A DNA stretch of 64,000 nucleotides from an uncultured Pseudomonas sp. (GTDB taxonomy: Bacteria > Pseudomonadota > Gammaproteobacteria > Pseudomonadales > Pseudomonadaceae), in contig CAURYQ010000003.1 of assembly GCA_963529135.1 (NCBI GenBank), positions 19,827 to 83,826 of the forward strand. The letters are read 5' to 3'. The position numbers and the translations under genes are program-made. Every line of letters begins with the position of its first letter. Within the stretch, counting starts at the first letter, position 1. Positions 8,825 to 18,471 of the stretch are shown here, one piece after another. The notes under the pieces were generated by a model that ran no database searches, had not been told where the DNA came from, and saw nothing but the letters and a program-made list of their open reading frames with translations.

Positions 8825-9601
8825 ATGATGAAAGCCATTTTTTTTCGAGCTTATACGCCTTATGGATTTCTTTACGATAGCCTCTCTCATCAGCAACTGA
8901 TCGGTTTCAATGGTGAACTTCTGGAAAAGCATTCGGGAGCCTATCTACTTGGCAATGGCTATCGTCCGTACAGCCCGGCAGTTATGAGATTCCTTGCACC
9001 TGATAGCTGGAGCCCATTTGGTAGGGGTGGCCGAAATGCCTATGCCTATTGCACAGGCGACTCGATCAACCGTGTTGATCCCAGCGGACATGTCGATTTC
9101 AGCGGCATGCGTAGGGTCGCCAATTCAATGCGCGACCGGGCAAGAACAATCGAGACAAGGCGGATTCAACAACAACCCGCACACCAGCGGGTCGCGGAAC
9201 TGAGACAGCGGCTAGCACAACGGCAACAAGCTCAAGTACCTCAACCGCGGAACAGAAACCCTCTAGCACAAGGTGGCGGAGATCAGCACTTCGCAGCACG
9301 TGGTTTGGCCACAGATATCTTAGCCACGAACCAACGCGGTCCTCAGGGTAACGGCCCCCTGGCTACCAGACAGCCATCTGTCTCTACGGAAAACCAGATG
9401 ACTGTCCCTGAAGTAGTCAATCTGTATGACCGCTTGACGACCGCATTAAGGCATGAACAGACCTATATCAATAACCTCAATCATGTAGCGCCGGGTACCG
9501 AGATACGTCGTCAATATGACGCAGATATTGCCCGGATACGCACAGACATAGCAGACATACGGGACCGACTCGGCGTTCATCTCAGAGGTGGGCAATTTTA
9601 A
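8825..9601 (+). CDS. Rhs repeat-associated core fragment fused to a different variable C-terminal domain (258 aa)
   Basis: Paralogous N-terminus (AYTPYGF...GFNGELLEKHSGAYLLGNGYRPYSPAVMRFLAPDSWSPFGRGGRNAYAYCTGDSINRVDPSGH). GAGG RBS before the ATG. The C-terminus is unrelated, Gln/Arg-rich and coiled-coil-like. Confidence 0.72.
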   Translation: MMKAIFFRAYTPYGFLYDSLSHQQLIGFNGELLEKHSGAYLLGNGYRPYSPAVMRFLAPDSWSPFGRGGRNAYAYCTGDSINRVDPSGHVDFSGMRRVANSMRDRARTIETRRIQQQPAHQRVAELRQRLAQRQQAQVPQPRNRNPLAQGGGDQHFAARGLATDILATNQRGPQGNGPLATRQPSVSTENQMTVPEVVNLYDRLTTALRHEQTYINNLNHVAPGTEIRRQYDADIARIRTDIADIRDRLGVHLRGGQF

Positions 9602-9654
9602 CTAACTGTAGTGGTCAAGTTTTTCCGGACACCTCAATGTGTGATGTCAGGCCA

Positions 9655-10920
9655 TCAGCCCCTCGTCTTCCCCTGGCACTCGGCCCAGGCCGCCGCGGCT
9701 CGCCCGGCTCGTAGTCCGCTGGCGAAGCAGGCGGTTAGCAGGTATCCGCCCGTGGGCGCTTCCCAGTCCAGCATCTCGCCCGCACAGAACACCCCGGGCA
9801 GATGCTTTATCATCAGCCCCTCATCGAGGCCTTCGAAACGAACCCCGCCTGCGCTACTGATCGCTTCGTCCAGGGGGCGAGTGCGCACCAGCGTGATCGG
9901 CAGCGCCTTGATCGCCTTGGCAAGGGCCTGGGTGTCGGCGAAGGTCGCCGGGTCGGTCAGCTCGCGCAGCAGCGCCGCCTTGACCCCGTCCAGGCCCAGT
10001 TGCCCTTGCAGGTGCTTGGCCATGGAACGCGAACCCCTTGGCCGGGCCAGGGCCTGCGCGATTCTGTCCACAGGCTTGTCTGGTAGCAGGTCAAGTATCA
10101 ACACCCCGCTGCCAGACTGCTCGATGGCCGACCGCACCTGCGCGGACCAGGCGTACACCAGGCTACCCTCCACCCCTTGCGCAGTCAGAATGAATTCACC
10201 TTTGCGCGGCGCACTGCCTGGCACGCTAAGCGCAATATTCTTGACCGGAGCACCTGCAAACTTGTCCTTGAGCAACGCGCTCCAGGCATGCACCTCGAAC
10301 CCACAATTGCTCGGGCGCAGGGACGAGATATCCACAGCGCGGTCCGCAAGCACAGCCTGCCAGCTTCCATCGGACCCCAAGCGTGCCCAGCTGCCGCCAC
10401 CTAGCGCCAGCACCACGACTTCAGGGTAAATCGACCGCTCGCCCTGTGGATAAGCGATGCGCAGCGCGCCTTCTTCATTCCAGCCCAGCCAGCGGTGGCG
10501 GTTGTGGATAACCACGCCGGCTTCACGCAGGCGCTTGAGCCACGCCCTAAGCAACGGGGCGGCTTTCATGTCGGTCGGGAAGACCCGGCCCGAAGTGCCC
10601 ACGAACGTGGCGATGCCCAGGTCATGAATCCACTGGCGCAAGGCGTCCGCATCGAAGTCGCGCAGCAGCCCGTCAACCTCGGCTTGGCGCTCGGCGTAGC
10701 GCGCCGCAAACGCAGGGTAGGGCTCGGAATGAGTGATGTTCATGCCCCCCACGCCCGCCAGCAGGAACTTGCGGCCTACCGATGGCATGGCGTCGAAAAC
10801 CTCGACCGACAGCCCGGCTTGAGCCAGAGCTTCGGCCGCCATCAGGCCGGCCGGGCCGCCACCGATGACAGCGGCGCGGGGAAGGGCAGGGTGGTTCGAT
10901 TCGGTCATGGTGGGCTGCAA
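9655..10920 (-). CDS. BaiN/HI0933-like NAD(P)/FAD-dependent oxidoreductase
   Basis: Dinucleotide-binding AVIGGGPAGLMAAE near the N-terminus, with HI0933-family length and C-terminal CAGEMLDWEAPTGGY motif. Alternative start at 10908. Confidence 0.85.
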   Translation of the reverse strand: MQPTMTESNHPALPRAAVIGGGPAGLMAAEALAQAGLSVEVFDAMPSVGRKFLLAGVGGMNITHSEPYPAFAARYAERQAEVDGLLRDFDADALRQWIHDLGIATFVGTSGRVFPTDMKAAPLLRAWLKRLREAGVVIHNRHRWLGWNEEGALRIAYPQGERSIYPEVVVLALGGGSWARLGSDGSWQAVLADRAVDISSLRPSNCGFEVHAWSALLKDKFAGAPVKNIALSVPGSAPRKGEFILTAQGVEGSLVYAWSAQVRSAIEQSGSGVLILDLLPDKPVDRIAQALARPRGSRSMAKHLQGQLGLDGVKAALLRELTDPATFADTQALAKAIKALPITLVRTRPLDEAISSAGGVRFEGLDEGLMIKHLPGVFCAGEMLDWEAPTGGYLLTACFASGLRAGRAAAAWAECQGKTRG

Positions 10921-11056
10921 GCTGTGGAAAAGACGCGCATTCTAGCGCAGCGCAGCCGGTGGAAGCACTGTTCAAAAAACGATCAATAGCCTGTAGGCCC
11001 CGCCATCAAAGGGCTGCAGCTCGTTTCGCTCAGGTTATCCACAAGCGGTTCCACAG

Positions 11057-11971
11057 TCATTGTGCACAACCCAGGACCTTGGCTGCACTGTGGTGAAGAA
11101 TGCCGTGGCGTTTGGCCAGCGCGACCCGATCCTTGCTGTAGCCGCCACCGATCACGCCCATAACCGGAATGTCTCGCCCCAGGCAATGGCCGATCACGCG
11201 CTCGTCACGTGCTGCCAGCCCCGCGTCGGTGATCTGCAGGTAACCCAGGGCATCATCTTCATGTACGTCGACACCGGCGTCGTACAGCACCAGGTCGGGC
11301 TGATACAGCGGCAGCAGGTAGTTGAGCGCCTCGTCCACCACTTGCAGGTAAGCGCTGTCTCCCATCCCTCGGGGCAGGGGGATGTCCCAGTCGCTCTGGG
11401 CCTTGCGTGCTGGGAAGTTCTGTTCACAGTGCAGCGATACGGTGATCGCGTCCGGCGTGTCCTGGAGAATGCGCGCGGTGCCGTCCCCTTGATGAACGTC
11501 GCAATCGAAGATGAGCACCCGGTGCACGCGCCCGGCTTCGAGCAGATAGCGGCTGATCACCGCCAGGTCGTTGAAGATGCAGAAGCCCGCCGGGTGGTCG
11601 TAGTGCGCATGATGGGTACCGCCTGCCAAATGGCAGGCCACCCCGTTTCGCAGGGCCATCTCGGCCGTCAACAACGAGCCGCCGACTGCGCGCACGGTGC
11701 GCCGGGCCAGCGCCTCGCTCCACGGAAGGCCTAGTCGCCTCTGGTCCTCGTGCGACAGGGCGCCGTCCATGTAGCGCTCGATATAACTGCGGTCGTGGGC
11801 CAGTGCGAGGACATCGTTGGGGCAGATGTCGGGCCGTAGCAGCGCCTGGTCAGTCGTCAGCCCACTGGCGATCAGGTGATCGTGCAGCAGGCGAAACTTG
11901 TCCATCGGAAAGCGATGGTCGGCCGGGAACAGCGGACTGTAGTCTTCGTGGTAGATCAGCGGCAACGACAT
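11057..11971 (-). CDS. Histone deacetylase-family amidohydrolase
   Basis: GGTHHAHYDHPAGFCIFND and DCDVHQGDGT zinc/active-site motifs. Confidence 0.9.
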   Translation of the reverse strand: MSLPLIYHEDYSPLFPADHRFPMDKFRLLHDHLIASGLTTDQALLRPDICPNDVLALAHDRSYIERYMDGALSHEDQRRLGLPWSEALARRTVRAVGGSLLTAEMALRNGVACHLAGGTHHAHYDHPAGFCIFNDLAVISRYLLEAGRVHRVLIFDCDVHQGDGTARILQDTPDAITVSLHCEQNFPARKAQSDWDIPLPRGMGDSAYLQVVDEALNYLLPLYQPDLVLYDAGVDVHEDDALGYLQITDAGLAARDERVIGHCLGRDIPVMGVIGGGYSKDRVALAKRHGILHHSAAKVLGCAQ

Positions 11972-12073
11972 GGGGGACTCACGCCAGAGAGCAACCCCGA
12001 TCTTGCCATGGCCGATGAGGGCTGTGGAAAACTTCGCTGGCCGCGGTGCCAGGGGCGGGTATCCGGGCAGTAC

Positions 12074-12772
12074 TCAGCGTGCGGCACTGGCGAGCACACG
12101 TTGCCACTCAGGTTCGTTGAGGCGCCCAAGAATGCGAGCCTTGCCGCTGTCGTCCACCGAAACGAACAGGGCACTGGCATAGCCGCTGTCGCGTTCGCCA
12201 CCGGCAACGTGCTGTTGACGCGCGAACTGATCGACGCAGCCATTGTGGGTCACCAGCACCAGATTATGGTCGGGGCGCTTGGCTGCCAGTGCCTGGGCCG
12301 CAAAGCCATCGTCGCAGCGACCCAGCCATTCGCGCGTGGCTACTGGTTGGCCCAGGATGAAATGCGCCGTTTGCTGGGTGCGCAGCTTGGGGCTGCTCAA
12401 CAGGTCGGCGTCGACCAGCCCAAGGTGCCGCAGACCATCACCGACGCGGCCCGCCGCTTGGCTGCCTGCCACCGTGATGCCAGCAGGGTCGTCCAGGCAG
12501 GGCCCCGGGGCGCTGTCGCAGCGCTCCGCGTGGCGGATCATGACGATGACTGCACCGTTGGCCCAGGCTTGCAGCAGGCCGCTCTTGTTCAGTTGTTGCT
12601 CGCTACCAAGGTCCACGATAGAGGTTCTCGTCATAAACCAGGAGGTCGATACCGCCACAGCCACGCACAGGCCAAGGGCGACGGTAACGGCTTTGCGCGG
12701 TAGCCATCGCTTGCGGGCTGCGTGTAGCGCATAAGGCTCCAGGGTGTTGCTCGACAGCATGGGTAGCTCCAT
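12074..12772 (-). CDS. Histidine phosphatase (SixA/PGAM-like) family protein with N-terminal membrane anchor or signal
   Basis: RHAER catalytic motif (VIVMIRHAERC) and a later VTHNG motif. Hydrophobic N-terminal segment. Start chosen at Met 85 of the long ORF because the region further upstream would overlap the divergent GNAT promoter region. Confidence 0.65.
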   Translation of the reverse strand: MELPMLSSNTLEPYALHAARKRWLPRKAVTVALGLCVAVAVSTSWFMTRTSIVDLGSEQQLNKSGLLQAWANGAVIVMIRHAERCDSAPGPCLDDPAGITVAGSQAAGRVGDGLRHLGLVDADLLSSPKLRTQQTAHFILGQPVATREWLGRCDDGFAAQALAAKRPDHNLVLVTHNGCVDQFARQQHVAGGERDSGYASALFVSVDDSGKARILGRLNEPEWQRVLASAAR

Positions 12773-12941
12773 TGAAGAAACCGCGCGCTCGGCGCTGCGG
12801 GGATGGCGGCATTTTGCTAACCCGCATGTTGGCGACCGGTGAAGCGCATGTGAAAAATGCATTCGCCGATCGGTTGCCCGGTGCACCGCCGTGCCTGCGC
12901 CTACGCTGTACACTGCAACACGCCAAAACGGAGCGAGCTCG

Positions 12942-13514
12942 ATGACCCCCATTCTGGAACTGGAAAGCGCGCGGCTGATCCTGCGCCAATGGCAGGACGA
13001 CGATCTGCGCGAGTTCGCTGCCATGTGCGCCGACCCCCAGGTGATGCGCTACTTTCCGGCGCCGCTCACACGCCTGGAAGCCGCTGCATTGATCGGCCGC
13101 ATACGCGGGCATTTCCATGAATACGGGTTTGGCCTGTGGGCACTGGAGCGCAAGGACAGTGGCGCGTTCATCGGTATGACGGGCCTGCTCAACGTCAACT
13201 TCGACGCGCCATTCGCCCCGGCGGTCGAGATCGGCTGGCGCCTGGCGCGGCGGCACTGGGGCCTGGGTTTTGCCAGTGAGGCGGCGTGGACGTGCCTGCG
13301 CTGCGCGTTCGCCCAGCTGCAGGTGGGGCAGGTGGTGTCCTTCACCAGCGCGCTCAACCTGCCCTCGCAGAAGGTGATGCAGGCCATCGGCATGGAGCAG
13401 GACATGGCGGGCAGTTTCGACCACCCGCGTGTCGCCATCGGCCATCCGTTGCGGCCGCATGTGCTCTACCGTATCGATCGCCCGCGTTGGGAGCAGACCT
13501 TGCGGGCCGAGTGA
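12942..13514 (+). CDS. GNAT-family N-acetyltransferase (RimJ/RimL-like)
   Basis: LESARLILRQW...EIGWRLARRHWGLGFASEAA acetyl-CoA binding motif. ATG at 12942. Confidence 0.85.
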   Translation: MTPILELESARLILRQWQDDDLREFAAMCADPQVMRYFPAPLTRLEAAALIGRIRGHFHEYGFGLWALERKDSGAFIGMTGLLNVNFDAPFAPAVEIGWRLARRHWGLGFASEAAWTCLRCAFAQLQVGQVVSFTSALNLPSQKVMQAIGMEQDMAGSFDHPRVAIGHPLRPHVLYRIDRPRWEQTLRAE

Positions 13515-13656
13515 ACCGCCAGGGGGGCCGGCGGTGTCAAACCCTGTATCATTTGCACCATTGAAAGGGGCTGCACTCAGCGGGTGCAGCGCCGGTTGAA
13601 GCGAGCGCCGCCCGACGGCGCATTGTGAGCACGTCTTGCGTCTACGGAGAACCCCG

Positions 13657-14526
13657 ATGAGTCATGTGTTGGACGACCTGGTCGACCTGTTGAGCCTCGA
13701 AGCCATTGAAGAAAACTTGTTCCGCGGCCGCAGCCAGGACCTTGGTTTTCGCCAGCTGTATGGCGGTCAGGTGCTGGGCCAGTCCTTGTCGGCCGCCAGC
13801 CAGACCGTAGAAGATGCCCGCCACGTGCATTCGCTGCATGGCTACTTCCTACGCCCAGGCGATGCCAGCCTGCCGGTGGTGTATTCGGTGGACCGCGTAC
13901 GTGATGGCGGCAGTTTCAGCACCCGGCGCGTCACGGCCATCCAGAAGGGCAAGACGATCTTCACCTGCAGTGCGTCGTTCCAGTACGACGAAGAAGGGTT
14001 CACCCACCAGGCGCAGATGCCCGATGTGGTCGGCCCTGAAAACCTGCCCACCGAAGTGGAACTGGCCAGCGCCATGGCCGATCAGCTGCCCGAGCGCATC
14101 CGCGACAAGGTGCTGTGCGCCAAGCCTATCGAGATTCGCCCGGTGACCGAACGTGACCCGTTCAACCCCAAGCCTGGCGACCCGGTGAAATACGCCTGGT
14201 TTCGCGCCGATGGCAACCTGCCGGCCATCCCGGCGCTGCACAAGTACATCCTGGCCTACGCTTCCGACTTCGGGCTGTTGACCACCTCGATGCTGCCCCA
14301 TGGCAAGTCGGTCTGGCAGCGCGACATGCAGATCGCCAGTCTGGACCACTCCTTGTGGTTCCACGGCAACCTGCGTGCCGACCAGTGGCTGCTCTACGCC
14401 ACCGACAGCCCATGGGCGGGCAACGCCCGTGGCTTCTGCCGGGGCAGCATCTTCAACCAGGCCGGCCAGCTGGTTGCGTCGTCCAGCCAGGAAGGCCTGA
14501 TTCGCCATCGCAAGGACTGGGCATGA
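13657..14526 (+). CDS. tesB: Acyl-CoA thioesterase II
   Basis: N-terminus MSHVLDDLVDLLSLEAIEENLFRGRSQDLG, double hot-dog length (289 aa) and C-terminal QEGLIR. Confidence 0.9.
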   Translation: MSHVLDDLVDLLSLEAIEENLFRGRSQDLGFRQLYGGQVLGQSLSAASQTVEDARHVHSLHGYFLRPGDASLPVVYSVDRVRDGGSFSTRRVTAIQKGKTIFTCSASFQYDEEGFTHQAQMPDVVGPENLPTEVELASAMADQLPERIRDKVLCAKPIEIRPVTERDPFNPKPGDPVKYAWFRADGNLPAIPALHKYILAYASDFGLLTTSMLPHGKSVWQRDMQIASLDHSLWFHGNLRADQWLLYATDSPWAGNARGFCRGSIFNQAGQLVASSSQEGLIRHRKDWA

Positions 14527-15113
14527 ACCTGGGCCAGGTGCGCCATTGGGTGTTCGACATGGACGGCACCCTGACCGTGGCTGCGCATGATTTCGCGGCT
14601 ATCCGCGTGAAACTGGGCATCCCGCCCAAGGATGACATTCTCGCGCACCTGGCCGCGTTGCCTGCAGATGAAGCGGCCGCCAAGCATGCCTGGCTGCTGG
14701 AGCATGAGCGCCACCTGGCGCTGGCCTCCAGGGCAGCGCACGGGGCGGTGGAGCTGGTGCGTGAGTTGGCCGCGCGCGGTTGCCAACTGGGCATCCTGAC
14801 CCGTAATGCCCGTGAGCTGGCACACATTACGCTTGAGGCCATTGGCCTGGCCGACTACTTTCCAGTGGCGCACATTCTTGGGCGTGACGAAGCGCAGCCC
14901 AAGCCCAGCCCCGATGGCCTGCTGAAAATAGCCCAGGCCTGGCGTGTTGCGCCGCATGCGATGGTGATGGTGGGCGACCACCGGTTCGACCTCGATTGCG
15001 GGCGAGCGGCCGGCACGGGCACCGTGCTGGTGAACCAGCCCCACGACGCCTGGCCAGGCCTGGCCGACCGGCATGCGCCCGATTGTCATGCCCTAAAACG
15101 TATGCTGGGTTGA
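14523..15113 (+). CDS. HAD-superfamily hydrolase (phosphatase-like)
   Basis: Motif I FDMDGTL, motif III/IV region VGDHRFDLDCG. ATG overlaps the tesB stop (ATGA). Confidence 0.85.
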   Translation: MNLGQVRHWVFDMDGTLTVAAHDFAAIRVKLGIPPKDDILAHLAALPADEAAAKHAWLLEHERHLALASRAAHGAVELVRELAARGCQLGILTRNARELAHITLEAIGLADYFPVAHILGRDEAQPKPSPDGLLKIAQAWRVAPHAMVMVGDHRFDLDCGRAAGTGTVLVNQPHDAWPGLADRHAPDCHALKRMLG

Positions 15114-15159
15114 ACCCACGCACGGCGGCCATTCCCCTTCACAGATGGAGCACTCACCC

Positions 15160-16170
15160 ATGAGCAGCAAGGCTATCTATGTTCAACCCGGCGGCGGCTA
15201 TGACAAGGTCGAAGTCGGCACCTGCGAGGCAGCAGCGCCCAATGCCGGTGAGATTACCGTGCGCTTGCATGCCAGCTCCCTGAATTATCATGATTTTGCC
15301 GTGGTCAGCGGCATGTGGGGCCCCGCCGAACGGCGCATTCCGATGGCCGATGGTGCGGGCGAGGTGGTAGCGGTGGGTAGCGGCGTCACCGACTTTCAGG
15401 TCGGCGACAGTGTGGTCAGCACCTTCTTCCCCGACTGGCTGGATGGGCAGGCCAATGTCGAAGGTTTCGCCCGTGTGCCCGGCGATGGCCTGGACGGCTA
15501 TGCCCGCGGCCAGGTGACAGCCCTTGCAACGGCGTTTACCCGCGCGCCCAAGGGTTTCAGCCATGCCGAGGCGGCAACCTTGACAACCGCCGGCCTGACG
15601 GCGTGGCGGGCGCTGATGAGCGACGACCACCTCAAGCCCGGCGACACGGTGCTGGTGCAAGGCACGGGCGGGGTATCGATCTTCGCCCTGCAATTCGCCA
15701 AGCTGGCCGGCGCATCGGTGATCGCCACCTCATCCAGCGACGCCAAGCTCGAGCGCCTCAAGGCCTTGGGCGCAGACCATGTCATCAACTACACGCGCAC
15801 GGCGGCCTGGGGCGAAAAGGTACGGGAGCTGACCGACAACCGTGGTGTGGACCACGTGATCGAAGTCGGCGGACCTGCCACTTTGGAGCAGTCGATGATC
15901 GCCGCGCGCATCGGTGGCCATGTTTCGCTGATCGGCATCCTGACCGGGGTGGCGGGCCAGCTGCCGCTGGTGCAGGCGCTGGTACGGCAGATTCGCCTGC
16001 AAGGCGTGCTGGTGGGTAGCCGTGCCCAGCAGCAGGCCATGGTCCGTGCCATCGACGCCAATGGCCTGCGCCCGGTGGTGGACAAGCATTTCGAACTCGA
16101 GCAGATCGTCGAGGCGTTCCGCTATCAGGAAAGCAACCGGCATTTCGGCAAGATCTGCCTGACCTGGTAA
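15160..16170 (+). CDS. Zinc-type alcohol dehydrogenase / NADPH:quinone oxidoreductase family protein
   Basis: MDR fold with Rossmann segment VLVQGTGGVSIFALQFAK. GGAG lies 9 nt before the ATG at 15160. Confidence 0.85.
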   Translation: MSSKAIYVQPGGGYDKVEVGTCEAAAPNAGEITVRLHASSLNYHDFAVVSGMWGPAERRIPMADGAGEVVAVGSGVTDFQVGDSVVSTFFPDWLDGQANVEGFARVPGDGLDGYARGQVTALATAFTRAPKGFSHAEAATLTTAGLTAWRALMSDDHLKPGDTVLVQGTGGVSIFALQFAKLAGASVIATSSSDAKLERLKALGADHVINYTRTAAWGEKVRELTDNRGVDHVIEVGGPATLEQSMIAARIGGHVSLIGILTGVAGQLPLVQALVRQIRLQGVLVGSRAQQQAMVRAIDANGLRPVVDKHFELEQIVEAFRYQESNRHFGKICLTW

Positions 16171-16297
16171 TGCCCTTGGGGTAACGGGATGTAATGGCTT
16201 GCGGCCAAGCCAATACATTCGCGCACATCGGCAGCACAGGCGGCTGGCTAGAATGCCCCGCTCCGTTGCGATTGATTCTCTCTAAGAGGACGCCCCG

Positions 16298-17413
16298 ATG
16301 TGCCTGTTCCCCCGTTTGCGGCAGCGCCTGCTGCCGAGCTTGTTGCTGTTGGCGTCCTGCCTCGGCTTCACCCATGTCGCCCACGCCATGCAAGTCACTG
16401 ACGTGCTGGGGCGTACCGTCGAGCTTGATCATGCCCCTCAGCGGATCGTGCTGGGCGAGGGGCGGTTGTTCTTCGCGCTGGCCCTGCTTGACCGTGACAA
16501 CCCGTTCCAGCGGGTGGTGGGCTGGCAGAACGACATGCGCTTGCTGGACCCGCATACCTACCAAGTGTACGCACAGCAGTACCCGCAGATCGCCAAGCTG
16601 CCCTTGATCGGGCAGGCCTCCGAGCAGAGCGTGAGCGCCGAGCAGATCCTGTCGCTCAAGCCGGACCTTGCCATTTTCAGCATTGCCGGCGAAGGCCCTA
16701 CCCAGCACAGCCCGGTGGCCGACCTGCTGGCCAAAGCCGGCGTGCCGGTGTTGTTCATCGATTTTCGCGTGCACCCCATGCGCAATACGCGCGTCAGCAT
16801 GCAAGCGCTGGGTACGTTGCTGGGCCGTGAAGAGCAGGCACACCAGTACCTCGACCTGTACGACCGTCACCTGGAGCGGGTGAAAGCGGGCGTGGCCGGG
16901 ATCAAGGACAGTGAGCGGCCCAAGGTGTTTCTGGAACTGCTGGCAGGAGTGTGGCAAGCGCCTGGGCATACCACTGGCAAAAGCGGCCTGGGGAGCGTGG
17001 TCCAGGCCGTCGGCGGCCATAACATCGGCGCCGACGTGGTGCCCGGTGCGCTGGGCGATGTCAGCGTGGAGTACGTGCTGCAAGCCGACCCCGACGTCTA
17101 CATCGCCACCGGCAACCGTGCCCCCGGCGTGCTGCTGGGTGCCGGGGTCTCCGAAAAAACCGCCCGAGACAGCCTGGCCAAGATCACCGCCCGCCCGGAA
17201 TTCGCTCCCCTGCGCCCCATTCAGGCCGGGCAGGCCCATGGCCTGTGGCATGACTTCTACAATTCGCCGTTCAACATCCTCGCCATTGAAGCGATGGCGC
17301 GCTGGGTGCACCCGGAGCGGTTCAAGGACATCGACCCGCAGGCGACCATGGCCCAGATCAACCGCATGCTCAAGGTCGGGCTCGAGGGTCGATACTGGAT
17401 CGACGCCAAGTGA
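16298..17413 (+). CDS. ABC transporter periplasmic substrate-binding protein (iron-siderophore/cobalamin class)
   Basis: Signal peptide ending AHA. Class III SBP features. First gene of an SBP-permease-ATPase operon with overlapping stops and starts. Confidence 0.85.
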   Translation: MCLFPRLRQRLLPSLLLLASCLGFTHVAHAMQVTDVLGRTVELDHAPQRIVLGEGRLFFALALLDRDNPFQRVVGWQNDMRLLDPHTYQVYAQQYPQIAKLPLIGQASEQSVSAEQILSLKPDLAIFSIAGEGPTQHSPVADLLAKAGVPVLFIDFRVHPMRNTRVSMQALGTLLGREEQAHQYLDLYDRHLERVKAGVAGIKDSERPKVFLELLAGVWQAPGHTTGKSGLGSVVQAVGGHNIGADVVPGALGDVSVEYVLQADPDVYIATGNRAPGVLLGAGVSEKTARDSLAKITARPEFAPLRPIQAGQAHGLWHDFYNSPFNILAIEAMARWVHPERFKDIDPQATMAQINRMLKVGLEGRYWIDAK

Positions 17414-18471
17414 CCGCACAGGCGTTGCCGGGCGTGCAGCAGGCCGCCTGGCATTACCGCAGGTTGCTGTGGCGGCGTACCTGGCTGGTTGCCGCGCTTG
17501 CCGTGCTGTTGCTGGTATCGGTGTTGAGCGACCTGGCCAGCGGCGCCTCGGGCATGAGCCTGGGGCGGCTGGTGCAGGGCCTGTTCGACCCAGCCACGCT
17601 CAGCGCCACGGAGCGGGTGATCATCTGGAATGTTCGCCTGCCCTATGCGCTGATGGCGGTGCTGGTGGGTACGGCGCTGTCGCTGGCCGGGGCCGAGATG
17701 CAGGCGATCCTCGACAACCCCTTGGCCAGCCCCTTCACCCTTGGGGTGTCGTCGTCGGCCGCACTGGGTGCCTCGCTCGCCATCGCTTACCCCTTGAGCA
17801 TTGCCTGGATGACGGCGGGGGTGCAGGTTACGGTCATGGCCTTCGTCTTTGCCTGCCTGTCCGTGGTGCTGTTGCAGGCCATGTCGCGGCTTCGCGGGGC
17901 GGGGGTGGAGAGCCTGGTGCTGTTCGGTATTGCCCTGGTGTTCAGCTGCAATGCCCTGGTGTCGCTGCTGCAACTGCTGGCCACCGAGGACGTGCTGCAG
18001 CAGCTGGTGTTCTGGACCATGGGCAGCCTGGCCCGGGCCGATTGGAACAAGCTCGGTATTTTGGCGCTTGTGGTGGCGCTGGTGCTGCCGTTTTCGCTGC
18101 GGGCAGCCCCTGCGATGACGCTGCTGCGCATGGGTGAGGACCGGGCACGCAGCTTCGGTGTGGACACCCGGCGCCTGCGCTTTGCCTCGCTGCTGCGCAT
18201 CAGCCTGCTGTCGGCAACCGCCGTGGCGTTCGTCGGTACCATCGGTTTCGTCGGCCTGGTCGGGCCGCACATCGCCCGGCTGCTGGTGGGCGAGGACCAG
18301 CGCTTTCTGCTTCCGGCCAGCGCGCTGGTGGGGGCCTTGATGCTGTCGCTGTCCTCCATTGCCAGCAAGCTGATCATGCCTGGGGTGATCGTGCCGGTCG
18401 GCATCGTCACCGCCCTGGTGGGGGTGCCGATTTTCGTGACGCTGGTGTTCCGGCGGGGGAGAAAGCTGTGA
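17410..18471 (+). CDS. FecCD-family ABC transporter permease
   Basis: About 9-10 TM helices and a conserved FecCD C-terminal region (GTIGFVGLVGPHIARLL). Start overlaps the upstream stop. Confidence 0.9.
   Translation: MTAQALPGVQQAAWHYRRLLWRRTWLVAALAVLLLVSVLSDLASGASGMSLGRLVQGLFDPATLSATERVIIWNVRLPYALMAVLVGTALSLAGAEMQAILDNPLASPFTLGVSSSAALGASLAIAYPLSIAWMTAGVQVTVMAFVFACLSVVLLQAMSRLRGAGVESLVLFGIALVFSCNALVSLLQLLATEDVLQQLVFWTMGSLARADWNKLGILALVVALVLPFSLRAAPAMTLLRMGEDRARSFGVDTRRLRFASLLRISLLSATAVAFVGTIGFVGLVGPHIARLLVGEDQRFLLPASALVGALMLSLSSIASKLIMPGVIVPVGIVTALVGVPIFVTLVFRRGRKL

Noticed and set aside
15785-17419. 544-aa ORF antisense to the dehydrogenase and ABC substrate-binding genes
   Set aside because: It spans two well-supported plus-strand genes and their intergenic region. 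The composition is Gly/Arg/His/Pro-rich, which marks it as a GC-driven artefact.
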